Below, in pieces: positions 63,569 through 64,000 of a stretch of 64,000 bases of DNA (within the stretch, counting starts at the first letter, position 1; each line of letters starts with the position of its first letter). Source of the DNA: Dehalococcoidia bacterium (lineage in GTDB: Bacteria; Chloroflexota; Dehalococcoidia; SHYB01). The stretch spans positions 1,002,458-1,066,457 of the forward strand of contig CBDCOW010000003.1 of assembly GCA_965219875.1 (NCBI GenBank), in the 5' to 3' direction. A model generated the notes under the pieces. It saw nothing but the letters and a program-made list of their open reading frames with translations, did no database searches and had not been told where the DNA came from. The position numbers and the translations under genes were made by a program.

Positions 63569-64000
63569 ATGCCGCCGACGTACGAACCGCGCGCCATAGA
63601 AGAGAAGTGGCGCCGCCGCTGGGACGACGACCGGCTCTACCACGCCCCCGACGACGACGCGCGTCCCAAGTGGTACGCGCTGACGATGTACCCCTACCCG
63701 TCGGGCGACCTGCACATCGGGCACTGGTACAGCTACGCCCCCCACGACGCCTACACCCGCTTCATGCGGATGCGGGGACGCAACGTTATGTCGCCCATGG
63801 GCTTCGACGCCTTCGGGCTGCCCGCCGAGAACGCGGCGATCAAGCACGGCGCGCACCCCCTCCAGTGGACGATGGGGAACATCGAGCGGATGCGCGGCCA
63901 GCTCCGCACGATGGGGACCACTTTCGATTGGGACCGCGAAATCGTCTGCTGCCTGCCCGAGTACTACCGCTGGAACCAGTGGTTCTTTCTGAAGTTCTAT
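63569..64000 (+). CDS. leuS: Leucyl-tRNA synthetase, N-terminal part (continues beyond window)
   Basis: [21 protein letters not shown] (HIGH motif) and [17 protein letters not shown] are the LeuS N-terminal signature. Confidence 0.9.
   Translation, partial: MPPTYEPRAIEEKWRRRWDDDRLYHAPDDDARPKWYALTMYPYPSGDLHIGHWYSYAPHDAYTRFMRMRGRNVMSPMGFDAFGLPAENAAIKHGAHPLQWTMGNIERMRGQLRTMGTTFDWDREIVCCLPEYYRWNQWFFLKFY

Overview
The window is high-GC (about 68%) bacterial chromosome and uses the standard genetic code: TGA, TAG and TAA all terminate ordinary genes here. Taxon was not determined. It is gene-dense and mostly catabolic.

Genes left to right:
- Two Dpp/Opp-type ABC peptide-transporter loci with a family-5 substrate-binding lipoprotein.
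- A beta-oxidation-like cluster: enoyl-CoA hydratase, DUF169, acyl-CoA dehydrogenase, SCP2-type thiolase and a DUF35 OB-fold partner.
- An amidase with a tandem alpha/beta-hydrolase.
- A Rieske-oxygenase / FAH-hydrolase / RidA / PPOX / fused CoA-transferase cluster.
- An AT-rich 2.9 kb islet abutting a tRNA-Ala(UGC) gene.
- A classical thiolase, selA (selenocysteine synthase), a HigB/HigA-like toxin-antitoxin pair, mutS2 and rarA.
- Convergent 3-oxoacid CoA-transferase A/B subunits.
- A four-gene hydantoinase/acetone-carboxylase-like ATP-dependent operon plus a URO-D-family gene.
- A low-GC insert, two M24 peptidases, a triple RidA fusion, several alpha/beta hydrolases and HAD phosphatases, an NCS2 permease, a haloalkane dehalogenase, an LLM oxidoreductase, a cyclase, an acyl-CoA dehydrogenase and the start of leuS.

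Most notable observations:
1. The SCP2-type thiolase (11416..12522) has an in-frame TGA exactly at the conserved Cys of the (H/Y)DCF loop, with an intact in-frame 79-aa C-terminus after it. selA lies 19 kb away in the same window, so this is a candidate selenocysteine codon. The alternatives are a fresh nonsense mutation or a sequencing error.
2. A MITE-like repeat family with 17-bp terminal inverted repeats (GGAGACCTTTGCGTAAC) occurs at least five times, including a four-copy head-to-tail array of a 172-bp unit.
3. An AT-rich islet at the 3' end of tRNA-Ala carries genes of unknown function, one possibly frameshifted. It also holds a strongly RBS-driven small ORF running into degenerate tandem repeats interrupted by an amber codon.
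4. Unusual gene architectures: a single-chain triple RidA, a fused double family-III CoA-transferase, a small protein made of eight 11-aa repeats, and collagen-like Gly-X-Y triplets in the substrate-binding lipoprotein.
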